Below are positions 1 to 9,465 of a DNA stretch of 64,000 nt, piece by piece. The position numbers and the translations under genes were made by a program. The notes beneath the pieces are model-generated. The model had not been told where the DNA came from. It searched no databases and saw nothing but the letters and a program-made list of their open reading frames with translations. The stretch lies in the NCBI GenBank assembly GCA_934728585.1, contig CAKVDZ010000008.1, positions 4,559-68,558 on the forward strand, written 5' to 3'. Source of the DNA: an uncultured Candidatus Melainabacteria bacterium (GTDB lineage: Bacteria; Cyanobacteriota; Vampirovibrionia; Gastranaerophilales; Gastranaerophilaceae). Within the stretch, counting starts at the first letter, position 1. Every line of letters begins with the position of its first letter.

Positions 1-933
1 CCTATTGAAATTCCAGAGCCAAAAGAAGAAGACCGCGAGTATACAAAAGATGATTTAGACCAGCTATTTGAGGAATATTCAAAACTAGCGACAACTAGTA
101 AAGAACGTGTAGTTGAATCTTTTGATATGAACCCAAACCAAGTGTTAAAAAGTAACACGGTTGTAGATGAAATCAATATTTTAAACTACAAAGGTCCAAT
201 TAACAAAAAATCTAAGATTGAGCCTCAAAACCAAATCAAGTTAAAAGCGTTCTTCAATGAAACAATTACTGGTATGAACAATCGTCCTTACGCAGAAACT
301 GCAAATTTATTTTTGAACATACGTGATAAAATTTTACAAGATATTATTTTTAGAAACGATAACGTAGTATTTTCATCACAAATCAAACTTATTGGCGAAT
401 ATCAAAAATGCCACTCGCTAAATGTAGCTATTTTGGCAGGCAGTATCGCAAGAAAAATGGAGATGAACGAGTCTTCTATTTCAGATATGGTACTTGCTGG
501 ATTATTACACGACATTGGTAAAACTCGTCTTGATCCAGATATTTTAAACAAACAAACATCTCTATCAAACCAAGAGCAAAAAATTCTTCAAGCTCATACT
601 CAAATTGGTTATAGAATGCTAAAAGATGATTTAAAAATGCCAGAAAACATCGCTCTTGTAGCTCTTGAGCACCATGAAAACAACGATGGTTCAGGATATC
701 CTATGAACAAATCAGGTGATTTTATTTCTAAAGAAAGTCAAATAATCCATATTTGTAATCATTTTGATAATTTATCTTTCAACAGAACTCCTCATCTTGT
801 GAAAAACAGCAAGGACGCCATTAGAGTTTTATTAGAATTAGGTACAAAATATTTCATGCCAGAAGCGCTATACACATTCATTCATATGTTTAGCTATAAC
901 GACACTATGAATTTTGAAGATATGATTTTGTAA
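1..933 (+). CDS. HD-GYP domain protein (putative cyclic-di-GMP phosphodiesterase); 5' end may lie outside the window
   Basis: ORF 127..933. The same frame has no stop back to base 1 (PIEIPEPKEEDREY...), so the true start may be upstream. LLHDIGK and HHENNDGSGYP match the HD-GYP signature. Confidence 0.8.
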   Translation, partial: PIEIPEPKEEDREYTKDDLDQLFEEYSKLATTSKERVVESFDMNPNQVLKSNTVVDEINILNYKGPINKKSKIEPQNQIKLKAFFNETITGMNNRPYAETANLFLNIRDKILQDIIFRNDNVVFSSQIKLIGEYQKCHSLNVAILAGSIARKMEMNESSISDMVLAGLLHDIGKTRLDPDILNKQTSLSNQEQKILQAHTQIGYRMLKDDLKMPENIALVALEHHENNDGSGYPMNKSGDFISKESQIIHICNHFDNLSFNRTPHLVKNSKDAIRVLLELGTKYFMPEALYTFIHMFSYNDTMNFEDMIL

Positions 934-935
934 GA

Positions 936-3407
936 CTAAACTTTTTTTAGTCTGGCATAATTAGCGTCCATCGCTTTTTTGCCAAATTTTCCAAAATCAA
1001 TTGTATACATCAAACTGTCGCCTACCTCAATAACATCAAGAATTTCACCAAAACCTAAGTGTTCGTGAAAAACCTTTTCCCCTTTGCTGAAGAAATACTG
1101 AATTGTTTCAGCTTGTTGTTTTAGTTCCTCTTGTTTCAATCGTTCTTGTTCTTGTTCTTTTTGACGTTTTTCTTCAATCATACGTTTAATTTTGTTGTCT
1201 TTAAAAAACGCTTCAAGTTTTTCTTGTTCTTTTTGCTTATTGATAGCAGATTTTTTAACAAAAGCTTTTGGTGCTGTACGTTTTACGGTATTATACTGAG
1301 GAGCTTCATATTTTTTACGTGACGGAGCAACAAAATTTGCACCAAAACCGCTCGTTGGTCTTACAAAGCCATCACTATTTGAAGAAACAGAAGAAGTTTT
1401 CATTTTTTGAACCGCACTTCTGAACGTTGATTGCGTTGTAATTGTACTTGATGAAGTAGATGACTCTAAAAGATTTGCTGGAATTTCTTCCAAAAATCTA
1501 CTTGGATTGTAATATTTATATTCCCCCCAAGTTTGACGACGTTTTGCGCTTGATAAATATAATTTTTGTTCAGCACGGGTTACACCTACATACATCAAAC
1601 GTCTTTCTTCTTCTAGTTCACTTGCAGAGTTAAACGTTCTTTGATGAGGGAAAGTCCCTTCCTCTAGACCTGCTAAAAATACTATTGGAAATTCCAAACC
1701 TTTTGCAGAGTGTAATGTCATAAGTGTAACATTATTAGCAATTTCGTCCATTCCGTCAATATCTGAAACTAATGCAACTTGGGATAAGAATTCGCCTAAT
1801 ACATTATTCAAGTCTTCTGGTTCAAATTCTGTTGCTACGTTAATCAACTCTTGCAAGTTTTCAATTCTTGCTTCGTCTTCTGGTGTATTTTCAGCTTGAA
1901 GCATTCTTATATAACCAGTTTTTTCAAGTACAAGTCCTAAAAATTCTGCAATATTGTAATTTGCATAAGCTTGTTGGAATTTTTCAATCAATGTTTTAAA
2001 CTCTTTAAACTTAGTTTGAGTTTTAGAATTAAGATCTGACTCGTCTATAATGTCAATTGCGTCCATCATACTCATATCGTGAGCATCTGCAAACTTTTGC
2101 AAATTTGCAACAGAAGTTTCACCTATTGCACGTTTTGGAACATTTACAATACGCTTAAAACTTTGAGAATCATTCGAATTATAAATTAATTTCAAATATG
2201 CAATAGCGTCTTTAATTTCTTGTCTATCGTAGAATTTCATACCTCCATATACACGATATGGAATACCATTTGCCATACAAGCTTCTTCAATTGCACGGGA
2301 TTGAGCATTTGTTCTATAAAGAATTGCATATTTGTTATAATCATCGTCAGCTTCAGCCTTTATGGTTTGTGCAATATAATTAGCCTCATCTGAATCATCT
2401 TGGGCCTCGTAGTAATGAATTTTTTCACCGTCACCCTTTTCTGAAAATAGAACTTTGTCTACACGTTCTTCATTGTTTTCAATAATCGCATTTGCAGCTT
2501 TTAATATATTTTCTGTAGAACGATAATTTTGTTCCAATTTAATAATCTTTGTATTAAGGAAATCTTTTTGAAATCCTAAAATAATTTTGTAATCTGCACC
2601 ACGCCAGCTATAAATAGATTGGTCAACATCACCTACGACACAAAGCGAACGTGATTGCGGAATTTCTTCTTGTAGATTTGTATATAACATATTAACTAGC
2701 TTGTATTGAGCAATATTTGTGTCTTGAAACTCATCGACTAAAATGTGTTCAAATCGAGAATAATATTTTTCTCTTACACTAGGATTTTGCTCAAATAGTT
2801 TTACAGTTAACATTAACATATCGTCAAAATCTATGGCATTATTTACATTCAAAGTATTTTCGTATTCTTCAAAAATTGTGGCAATTTTTTGAGCCTTAAA
2901 ATCTCTGGCAAAAGTTGCAAACCTGTGAGCATCTTCCATTTTGTTTTTCGCATTTGAAATTACTGCTCTAACATATTTTGGTTGATAAACTTTATCATCT
3001 AAATTCAATTTCTTGATTGCATTTTTAACAACTGTCATACAATCAGAATCATCATAAATAGTAAAATTGTGGTCTAAAGTTTTTCCAGATGGGAAATTAT
3101 AATTTTCGATATCTTGACGCAAAATTCTACCGCAAATACTGTGAAAAGTACCAACCCACATATATTTTACGATTTCTTCACCTAAAATATTACTCAAACG
3201 CTCGCGCATTTCTTTAGCAGCCTTGTTAGTAAATGTAACCGCCAAAATTTCGCGAGGTTTTACTCCACTTTTAACTAAATATGCAATACGCGAAGTAAGT
3301 ACCTTTGTTTTACCAGAACCCGCACCTGCCAGCACCAACAAAGGTCCCTGCGTTGTTTTCACCGCCTCAACTTGGCGTTCGTTAAGATTTTCTAATAAAT
3401 TTTCCAT
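936..3407 (-). CDS. pcrA: ATP-dependent DNA helicase, UvrD/PcrA family
   Basis: 823 aa. Walker A GAGSGKT, DEFQDTN, QNYRST, VGVTRA. The C-terminal tail GEKVFHEHLGFGEI is typical of PcrA/UvrD and is preceded by a K/E-rich linker. Confidence 0.9.
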   Translation of the reverse strand: MENLLENLNERQVEAVKTTQGPLLVLAGAGSGKTKVLTSRIAYLVKSGVKPREILAVTFTNKAAKEMRERLSNILGEEIVKYMWVGTFHSICGRILRQDIENYNFPSGKTLDHNFTIYDDSDCMTVVKNAIKKLNLDDKVYQPKYVRAVISNAKNKMEDAHRFATFARDFKAQKIATIFEEYENTLNVNNAIDFDDMLMLTVKLFEQNPSVREKYYSRFEHILVDEFQDTNIAQYKLVNMLYTNLQEEIPQSRSLCVVGDVDQSIYSWRGADYKIILGFQKDFLNTKIIKLEQNYRSTENILKAANAIIENNEERVDKVLFSEKGDGEKIHYYEAQDDSDEANYIAQTIKAEADDDYNKYAILYRTNAQSRAIEEACMANGIPYRVYGGMKFYDRQEIKDAIAYLKLIYNSNDSQSFKRIVNVPKRAIGETSVANLQKFADAHDMSMMDAIDIIDESDLNSKTQTKFKEFKTLIEKFQQAYANYNIAEFLGLVLEKTGYIRMLQAENTPEDEARIENLQELINVATEFEPEDLNNVLGEFLSQVALVSDIDGMDEIANNVTLMTLHSAKGLEFPIVFLAGLEEGTFPHQRTFNSASELEEERRLMYVGVTRAEQKLYLSSAKRRQTWGEYKYYNPSRFLEEIPANLLESSTSSSTITTQSTFRSAVQKMKTSSVSSNSDGFVRPTSGFGANFVAPSRKKYEAPQYNTVKRTAPKAFVKKSAINKQKEQEKLEAFFKDNKIKRMIEEKRQKEQEQERLKQEELKQQAETIQYFFSKGEKVFHEHLGFGEILDVIEVGDSLMYTIDFGKFGKKAMDANYARLKKV

Positions 3408-3483
3408 ATCCCCTATTCAAAAAATTTTTTTATGATATTATAATTATAATAGGAAAGATAATATTTTGCAAAAGGTAAGGAAA

Positions 3484-4077
3484 ATGGCAGACAGCGAACA
3501 AATTAAACTTTTAGACGGCAATGACGGAGATAAACAACAAGGTTCAATCATGGTACCTCTTGATGATTTAGATTCAGTTTCAAATGATTCGCCTAATACA
3601 GTTGATGAATTGGCTATGGAATTGGCAACAATCCAACAATCTGCTAAAAGAATTGCAGTTATCGGTAGTAGAAATCTTGCAATCACTCACCAACAAATTA
3701 TCGAAACACTTGTTACAGCTTTAGCTCAACAAGGCAACACAATTATTACATCAGGTGGTTCTTCAGGTACAAACGCTGCAGCAATTCGTGGTGCTATGAA
3801 AGCTAATCCTGACAAATTAAAAGTTATTTTACCTCAAACTATAGGTCAACAACCTTCTGACGTTCAAGACCAATTAATTGGTGTACCAAACATCGTTGAA
3901 CACCCAGACAGAGCTATGATGACTCTTGCTGACGCTTCAAGAATTTGTAACCGCGAAATTATTGATGATTGTAACCAATTAATTTGCTTCTTATCACACA
4001 CAAGTAAAACTTTACACGGTGCTATTGAATACGCAGAAGAAGGACACAAAGTTATTACAGCTTTTTACCTTGATTAA
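3484..4077 (+). CDS. DprA/Smf-like Rossmann-fold (SLOG) protein, stand-alone domain
   Basis: The ORF track starts at 3466, but the ATG at 3484 follows AAGGTAAGGA. IAVIGSRNL...ITSGGSSGTNAAAIRGA resembles the DprA Rossmann core. No SAM or winged-helix domains; the N-terminus is acidic. Confidence 0.5.
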   Translation: MADSEQIKLLDGNDGDKQQGSIMVPLDDLDSVSNDSPNTVDELAMELATIQQSAKRIAVIGSRNLAITHQQIIETLVTALAQQGNTIITSGGSSGTNAAAIRGAMKANPDKLKVILPQTIGQQPSDVQDQLIGVPNIVEHPDRAMMTLADASRICNREIIDDCNQLICFLSHTSKTLHGAIEYAEEGHKVITAFYLD

Positions 4078-4079
4078 TA

Positions 4080-5249
4080 ATGGATTTAATAAAACAACTT
4101 ACAGGTAAAAATCAAGCTGATTATGAGCAAGCTGCTGCGCATATAATTAATAGTGCAGACGAAAAAGCTTTTGAAGAACTTGTAAACAAGGACGATTTTT
4201 TGTTTGATTTTATCAAACAAAATGTTTCAAAACGCCTAAGCAAGGCTTGCAACAAAGATAATTTCAAAAATTTATTAAAGTTTTTGAAGTTTTATTCTCC
4301 GTCTTATGATGATTTTATTGCAAAAACTCTTGCTCAATTTTCAGATGAAGAAGTTCAAAACAAAATGCTTGAACTTTTAAGAAATGGTTCAAACAATGAA
4401 AAAGCTTACAGCGCCAAATATTTTTCTTATAAAAAAGATAATTCGGTTGCAGAAGAACTAAAAAAGCTTGCATATTCAGAATTTGAACCAATTGCCTTAA
4501 ATTCAGCTATTGCACTTTCATCAATGGGTGAGAGAACATCAGTTGAAGAAGCTTTAAACAAGTTAAAATCAAATGACGATTTTGAAGTTTTGGCTGGAGC
4601 TAAATTTTTATCCGCTTATGGGGAATTAAACGCATTAGAAGATATCTTCAAGACGCTAAAAACTTCATCAATGGCTGAATACATCGCTTGTGAAATCGGC
4701 TATATGGAAAGCTTTTTAAATTTATTAAATTCAAACTTCCACGATAACGCTCTTTTAGCTATAAATAACATTTTACAGGGACTTGGCGAAATCGTTGCAA
4801 TTTCAGATGTTTTCACCTTTGAATTATACAACATATTCGAAAACTTAATTTTTTCAGAACCAAATTCAAAAAATGCAGTTTTACTTTTGACAGCTAAAAA
4901 CAAATTTAACCAACTAACTGAAAATGATGAGTATTTATTTGACGAAGACAAAAATACAAAAGACGAAGTTTTTGCAATAAAAAAACTATTAAATAATAAT
5001 CTTGACGAAGATTTAGACAATTTCATAGTTCCAGAATTGAACGAACAAAGTGAATTTATTTATTCAGCATTAGAACTTGCACGCAATCCAGAAATCGTTA
5101 GACCTTTGCTCAACGCAAAAAACCAAACTATAATATTAAAAACACTAGAAGTTTTAAAAAACTTAAACGATTTAACTCAGGACGATAAAAATATAGCATT
5201 AGAAAACGTTACAGACGAAAATATAAAATCAATTATATTTGCAATATAA
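4080..5249 (+). CDS. Hypothetical helical-repeat (HEAT-like) protein
   Basis: 389 aa with repeated ~30-aa helical units (AYSAKYF...LKKLAYSE...AIALSSMGE...LAGAKFLSAYGE). No catalytic motif seen. Confidence 0.45.
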   Translation: MDLIKQLTGKNQADYEQAAAHIINSADEKAFEELVNKDDFLFDFIKQNVSKRLSKACNKDNFKNLLKFLKFYSPSYDDFIAKTLAQFSDEEVQNKMLELLRNGSNNEKAYSAKYFSYKKDNSVAEELKKLAYSEFEPIALNSAIALSSMGERTSVEEALNKLKSNDDFEVLAGAKFLSAYGELNALEDIFKTLKTSSMAEYIACEIGYMESFLNLLNSNFHDNALLAINNILQGLGEIVAISDVFTFELYNIFENLIFSEPNSKNAVLLLTAKNKFNQLTENDEYLFDEDKNTKDEVFAIKKLLNNNLDEDLDNFIVPELNEQSEFIYSALELARNPEIVRPLLNAKNQTIILKTLEVLKNLNDLTQDDKNIALENVTDENIKSIIFAI

Positions 5250-5261
5250 GGAATAAGAATA

Positions 5262-5792
5262 ATGGAATTTACAGAAAAAACACTATCTACAAAAAGAGTT
5301 TACAACGGAAAAGTCGTATTTGTAGACTATGATGATATTGAAACTTCAGACGGTCACAAAAGCTTTAGAGAAGTAATTCGACACCCTGGTGGAGTTGTAA
5401 TAGTTGCAGAAAAAGATCCTGAAACAATTTTAATGGTAAAACAATTTAGATATCCTTTAAAACAAGTTTCTCTAGAACTTCCAGCAGGAAAACTTGAATA
5501 CGGAGAAAATCCAGATGACGCTTGCAAACGCGAGTTAGAAGAAGAAACTGGTTATATCGCAAAAACTTGGAAATCTCTAGGTTACATCTACACAACACCT
5601 GGAATTTGTGATGAAAAGTTGTATTTATACTACGCAAAAGATTTAACTTTTACTAAACCAAACCCAGATGAGGGCGAAATTATTCAAGCGTATGAATACA
5701 AAATTGCGGATTTATTCCAAATGATTAAAAATGGCGAAGTTAACGATTCTAAAACACTTTGCGCACTTTTAAGAGCATACAAAATTAATTAA
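5262..5792 (+). CDS. NUDIX hydrolase (ADP-ribose pyrophosphatase-like)
   Basis: Nudix box GKLEYGENPDDACKRELEEETGY; 176 aa. Confidence 0.8.
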   Translation: MEFTEKTLSTKRVYNGKVVFVDYDDIETSDGHKSFREVIRHPGGVVIVAEKDPETILMVKQFRYPLKQVSLELPAGKLEYGENPDDACKRELEEETGYIAKTWKSLGYIYTTPGICDEKLYLYYAKDLTFTKPNPDEGEIIQAYEYKIADLFQMIKNGEVNDSKTLCALLRAYKIN

Positions 5793-5803
5793 GGAAAATA
5801 ATT

Positions 5804-6619
5804 ATGGCAATAAAAATGGTTGCAACAGATATTGACGGAACAATTTTAAAATATTCAGGGGAGTTTAATCCTGAAGTTATTGAATGCATAAAAGACCTTG
5901 ACAAAAGAGGGATTAAGGTTGTTATCGTAACAGGTAGAATGCACCAATCAGCAAAGAAAATTGCAGACCAATTAGGTTTAAAAAATGCTGTAGTATCTTA
6001 TCAAGGAGCATTAGTAAAAGATAATACACCAAAGCAAAATACATTATACGAAAGATATATACCTGCGCAAACAGCTAAAAAAATTATTCAATGGGGACAT
6101 AACGAAAATATTCACATGAATTTATACATGAACGACAAACTTTATGTTGAAAAAGATGATGATACAACTCGTAAATACACTGCTCATCAAAACATTCCAT
6201 TCACGGTTGCAAACTTTGATGAAATAGAATTAGACAAAGTAAATAAACTATTATTTATTGATTACGCTGATGCAGACAGAGTTACACTTTTAACAAAAAA
6301 ACTTCAAAAAGATTTTCCAGAATTATTTATAGTTAAATCTTGCGAAAATTTCTGCGAAGTTTGTCACAAAGAAGCAACAAAAGGCGATGGCTTAAGATGT
6401 TTGCAAAAACTTTATGGAATACCAAAAGAAGAAACACTAACAATCGGCGATCACAACAATGATATTGACTTACTTCTTGCAGGTGGAGTAAAAGTTGCGA
6501 TGGGCAACGGAACAGAAGATTTAAAAAAAATAGCAGACTACGTTACAGATACTATTGATAATAATGGTTTTGTGAAAGCAATAGAAAAATTTGTTTTAAA
6601 AGAGGGTACAAATGTATAG
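5804..6619 (+). CDS. Cof-type HAD-IIB phosphatase
   Basis: DIDGTIL (motif I), GDHNNDIDLL (motif IV); 271 aa. Confidence 0.8.
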   Translation: MAIKMVATDIDGTILKYSGEFNPEVIECIKDLDKRGIKVVIVTGRMHQSAKKIADQLGLKNAVVSYQGALVKDNTPKQNTLYERYIPAQTAKKIIQWGHNENIHMNLYMNDKLYVEKDDDTTRKYTAHQNIPFTVANFDEIELDKVNKLLFIDYADADRVTLLTKKLQKDFPELFIVKSCENFCEVCHKEATKGDGLRCLQKLYGIPKEETLTIGDHNNDIDLLLAGGVKVAMGNGTEDLKKIADYVTDTIDNNGFVKAIEKFVLKEGTNV

Positions 6620-7091
6620 AATAGGGTTAGGTTACGATATCCATCAACTTTGTGATGGCAGAGATTTGATTATTGGTGGAGTAAAAATTCCACACGACAA
6701 AGGTCTTTTGGGTCACTCGGACGCTGATGTACTTATTCATGCAATTATTGACGCTATGTTCGGCGCATTAGCACTTGGCGATATTGGAACACATTTTCCT
6801 GACACAGACGAAAAATACAAGGGCATTTCAAGCTTATTACTGCTTAAATATGCCAATGAACTAATTCAAAAAGAGGGATATAAAATTAACAACCTTGATT
6901 GCAATATTATAGTTCAAGCGCCAAAAATGAAACCTCATATTCCTGAAATGCAAAAAACACTTGCAAATACACTTGAAGTTGATGTAAACTTGATTTCAAT
7001 AAAGGCAAAAACAAATGAACATGTTGATGCTGTAGGCGAGAAAAGAGCTATCGAAGCAAATGCAGTAGTTATGCTACAAAAGGAGAACTAA
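6612..7091 (+). CDS. ispF: 2-C-methyl-D-erythritol 2,4-cyclodiphosphate synthase
   Basis: GYDIHQL, GHSDADVLIHAIIDA, DIGTHFPDTD; overlaps the upstream gene by 8 nt. Confidence 0.92.
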   Translation: MYRIGLGYDIHQLCDGRDLIIGGVKIPHDKGLLGHSDADVLIHAIIDAMFGALALGDIGTHFPDTDEKYKGISSLLLLKYANELIQKEGYKINNLDCNIIVQAPKMKPHIPEMQKTLANTLEVDVNLISIKAKTNEHVDAVGEKRAIEANAVVMLQKEN

Positions 7092-7471
7092 TGAGATTTT
7101 TACACGCGATGATTAGGGTTAAAGACCTTGAAAAATCACTAGAATTTTACGAAAATTTATTAAATATGAAACTAGTTAAGACAAAAAGACTTGACGATTG
7201 CGAACTATATTATTTAGAAGACGAAGAACACGTTGCGCAAATTGAACTTACTGTAAACGACAGTATACCTGAAAATGGTTACACAAATGGTGACGCATTT
7301 GGACACTTTGCTTTTTCAGTTGACTCAATGGACTCATTCACTGAAAAAATGAATAAACTAGGTTACAAATACCTTTGGGAACCATACACAATCTTTTCTG
7401 GCACAAAAATTTCGTTTGTAAAAGACCCTGACGGCAACGAAATCGAGCTAATTGAGAAAAAACATGATTAA
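7091..7471 (+). CDS. gloA: Lactoylglutathione lyase (glyoxalase I, VOC family)
   Basis: MRFLHAMIRVKDLEKSLEFY, GHFAF, DPDGNEIELIE; 126 aa. Confidence 0.8.
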   Translation: MRFLHAMIRVKDLEKSLEFYENLLNMKLVKTKRLDDCELYYLEDEEHVAQIELTVNDSIPENGYTNGDAFGHFAFSVDSMDSFTEKMNKLGYKYLWEPYTIFSGTKISFVKDPDGNEIELIEKKHD

Positions 7472-8039
7472 TATAATAAAAGAATATATAAACGATTCAA
7501 TCGAAACAAAACAAAAGATTTTAAATGATGAAAAACTTGTTCAAACAGTAGAAGAAATAAGCAAGTTCATCGTTAAGACTCTAAGAAATGGCAATAAAAT
7601 TCTTTTTGTTGGCAACGGTGGTTCTGCAAGTGATTGCGATCATTTAGCAACAGAATTTGTTTCTAAATTTTATAAAGATAGACACGCATTTAACGCTTTG
7701 TCACTAACTTCAAATAATGCCCTAATCACTGCATTATCAAATGATTTTGGTTACGACAACGCATTTTCAAGACAAATTGAAGCAATCGGCAAAAATGGAG
7801 ATATACTTTTTGCTCTATCTACCTCTGGAAATTCTAAAAATGTAATTCAAGCAATAGAAGTTGCTAACGAAATGGGCTTGATTACAGTGGGTATGACAGG
7901 TAAAAACAAATGTAAAATGGACGAAATTTGCAAAATTTTAATTAAAATTCCAACATCAGAAACTCCAATTATTCAAGAGTGCCACATGACACTAGGTCAC
8001 CTAATTTGCAAAATCGTCGAAGACGAATTACTTGCATAA
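7452..8039 (+). CDS. gmhA: D-sedoheptulose-7-phosphate isomerase (SIS domain)
   Basis: GNGGSASDCDHLATEF, STSGNS. The start may be the ATG at 7464 (MINIIKEY). Confidence 0.8.
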   Translation: MRKNMINIIKEYINDSIETKQKILNDEKLVQTVEEISKFIVKTLRNGNKILFVGNGGSASDCDHLATEFVSKFYKDRHAFNALSLTSNNALITALSNDFGYDNAFSRQIEAIGKNGDILFALSTSGNSKNVIQAIEVANEMGLITVGMTGKNKCKMDEICKILIKIPTSETPIIQECHMTLGHLICKIVEDELLA

Positions 8040-8042
8040 TTA

Positions 8043-8252
8043 CTAAAAAAAATCTTTTATATCAATTTCAAAAAACTTAGCTAAAGCGTACAATGTTTCT
8101 GTACTTGCTAAATTTTTACCTCGCTCAATGCAAGAAATATGTTCTCTTGACATATTCACATATTCAGCCAGTTTTTCTTGCGATAAACCTTTTTCTAATC
8201 TTAAAGATTTAACTTTTTTGCCTATATCGTTTCTTAACTTGCGAATACCCAT
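8043..8252 (-). CDS. XRE-family HTH transcriptional regulator
   Basis: 69 aa; LSQEKLAEYVNMSREHISCIERGKN is a Cro/C1-type HTH. Confidence 0.8.
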   Translation of the reverse strand: MGIRKLRNDIGKKVKSLRLEKGLSQEKLAEYVNMSREHISCIERGKNLASTETLYALAKFFEIDIKDFF

Positions 8253-8267
8253 ATAGGTATTGTTTCA

Positions 8268-8285
8268 TGTAATATAAATATTACA
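8268..8285. promoter_or_regulatory. Perfect 8+2+8 palindrome TGTAATAT-AA-ATATTACA, candidate operator of the adjacent XRE regulator
   Basis: Read directly. It lies 16 nt upstream of the XRE start codon in a divergent intergenic region. It is AT-rich, so chance cannot be excluded. Confidence 0.3.
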
Positions 8286-8398
8286 GTAAGATTAACATTA
8301 CATTTTATAGCTATAACTCTTTATTTATACATGTTTGCATGACGTATATTTTTATTATAAATTAGTATAAGTTCTAAATATAAATAACGAGGTCATTA

Positions 8399-9130
8399 AT
8401 GTGGCAAAAATTTGAAGAAACTCTTAAAAATGCAGGTAATATTGAATTTTGGTGGAGAGATGATGATATTATGGCGGAAAAACGCGCCTATAAGCTTCAC
8501 TATTAAAAATATAAATTCAAAGTTTAGAGCTTAATGAAATTATATGCAACTTATAAAATTCCAGCAATTTGGGCAATAGTACCTCATAACTATGAAAAAT
8601 ATGGTCAATATTTCACCAAAAATATTCTTAAGTATGAACAATTTGCAACTATACACGGCATTTACCATATGAATAAGGCCACAACTCCGCCATCTACAGA
8701 ATTTCCAGAAACTTGTAACCTTGAAGAAAATTTTCAAACAATAACTCAGTATTACAATAGCTTTAAACCTCTTTTTAAGGATAATCTATTACCAGTTTTT
8801 GTCCCACCTTTTAATAACATGAACACCAACTTAAAAGAACGTTTAATCAAATATGGTCTAATTATTTCTGAATACAATTTTAACCAAAATAATCACTCAA
8901 ATTATAACGTCGATTACGATTTTGCAAATTGGGAAACACATAAACTTAAAGCCGAGAACTTGATTCTTAAAGAATTAACAGAATTAATTACCTCTGGCAT
9001 AAAAACTCTAGGACTTAATTCTCACCATACTATTATAGATAAAGAAAATTATAAATTTTATGAGAAATTATTTAAAACAATTTCAAAATGTAATAACGTA
9101 AAATGGGTAAATCCTTTTCTACTTTTTTAA
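8399..9130 (+). pseudogene. Possible interrupted polysaccharide-deacetylase-like gene (35-codon head plus 198-codon body in the same frame, separated by two in-frame stops)
   Basis: 8399..8506 encodes MWQKFEETLKNAGNIEFWWRDDDIMAEKRAYKLHY*. TAA at 8504 and TAG at 8525 are in frame with ORF 8534..9130 (MKLYATYKIPAIWAIVPHN...). FWWRDDD followed by IP..A.VP resembles the N-terminal motif of NodB-like/DUF2334-type deacetylases. The 198-aa ORF may alternatively be an independent CDS. Confidence 0.4.
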
Positions 9131-9228
9131 CAAAACTTCATATTTTAGACCATGCGCGCAATTTCTTAAAAGAAAAATACTTTATATAAGAGTAAGAGGT
9201 AATTAAGACACACAGAGGAGAAATTAAA

Positions 9229-9393
9229 ATGTTTGGATTAAATGGATTAAACAATGCAGTAAGCGGTGTTAATGCAATTGATGATAATAAAAAGAAACAA
9301 GAAGTTGCACCACAACCTCAAGTAGCATTTATGAACTCTATTTGGGATAACTTCGGCAACTCTCAAGGTACTGAAGCTTCATTCAACGCTTAA
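9229..9393 (+). CDS. Small hypothetical protein (54 aa), not in the ORF track
   Basis: GAGGAG lies 8 nt upstream of the ATG. Translation: MFGLNGLNNAVSGVNAIDDNKKKQEVAPQPQVAFMNSIWDNFGNSQGTEASFNA. A strong hairpin terminator follows. Confidence 0.45.
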   Translation: MFGLNGLNNAVSGVNAIDDNKKKQEVAPQPQVAFMNSIWDNFGNSQGTEASFNA

Positions 9394-9413
9394 TACTTAA
9401 AAGTTTCAATAAC

Positions 9414-9446
9414 AAAAAGACTTCATCAATAGATGAAGTCTTTTTT
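9414..9446. terminator. Bidirectional rho-independent terminator
   Basis: Stem gacttcatc / gatgaagtc with loop aata, flanked by an A-run and a T-run. It sits between the convergent small ORF (+) and nupC (-). Confidence 0.7.
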
Positions 9447-9465
9447 ATGTTTTTATTTATTGATA

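Noticed and set aside
8504-8527. Stop-codon reassignment as an explanation for the in-frame TAA and TAG.
   Set aside because: All other genes in the window give full-length, family-typical proteins under the standard code and terminate at TAA/TAG. Nothing suggests recoding, so a pseudogene or sequencing error is simpler.
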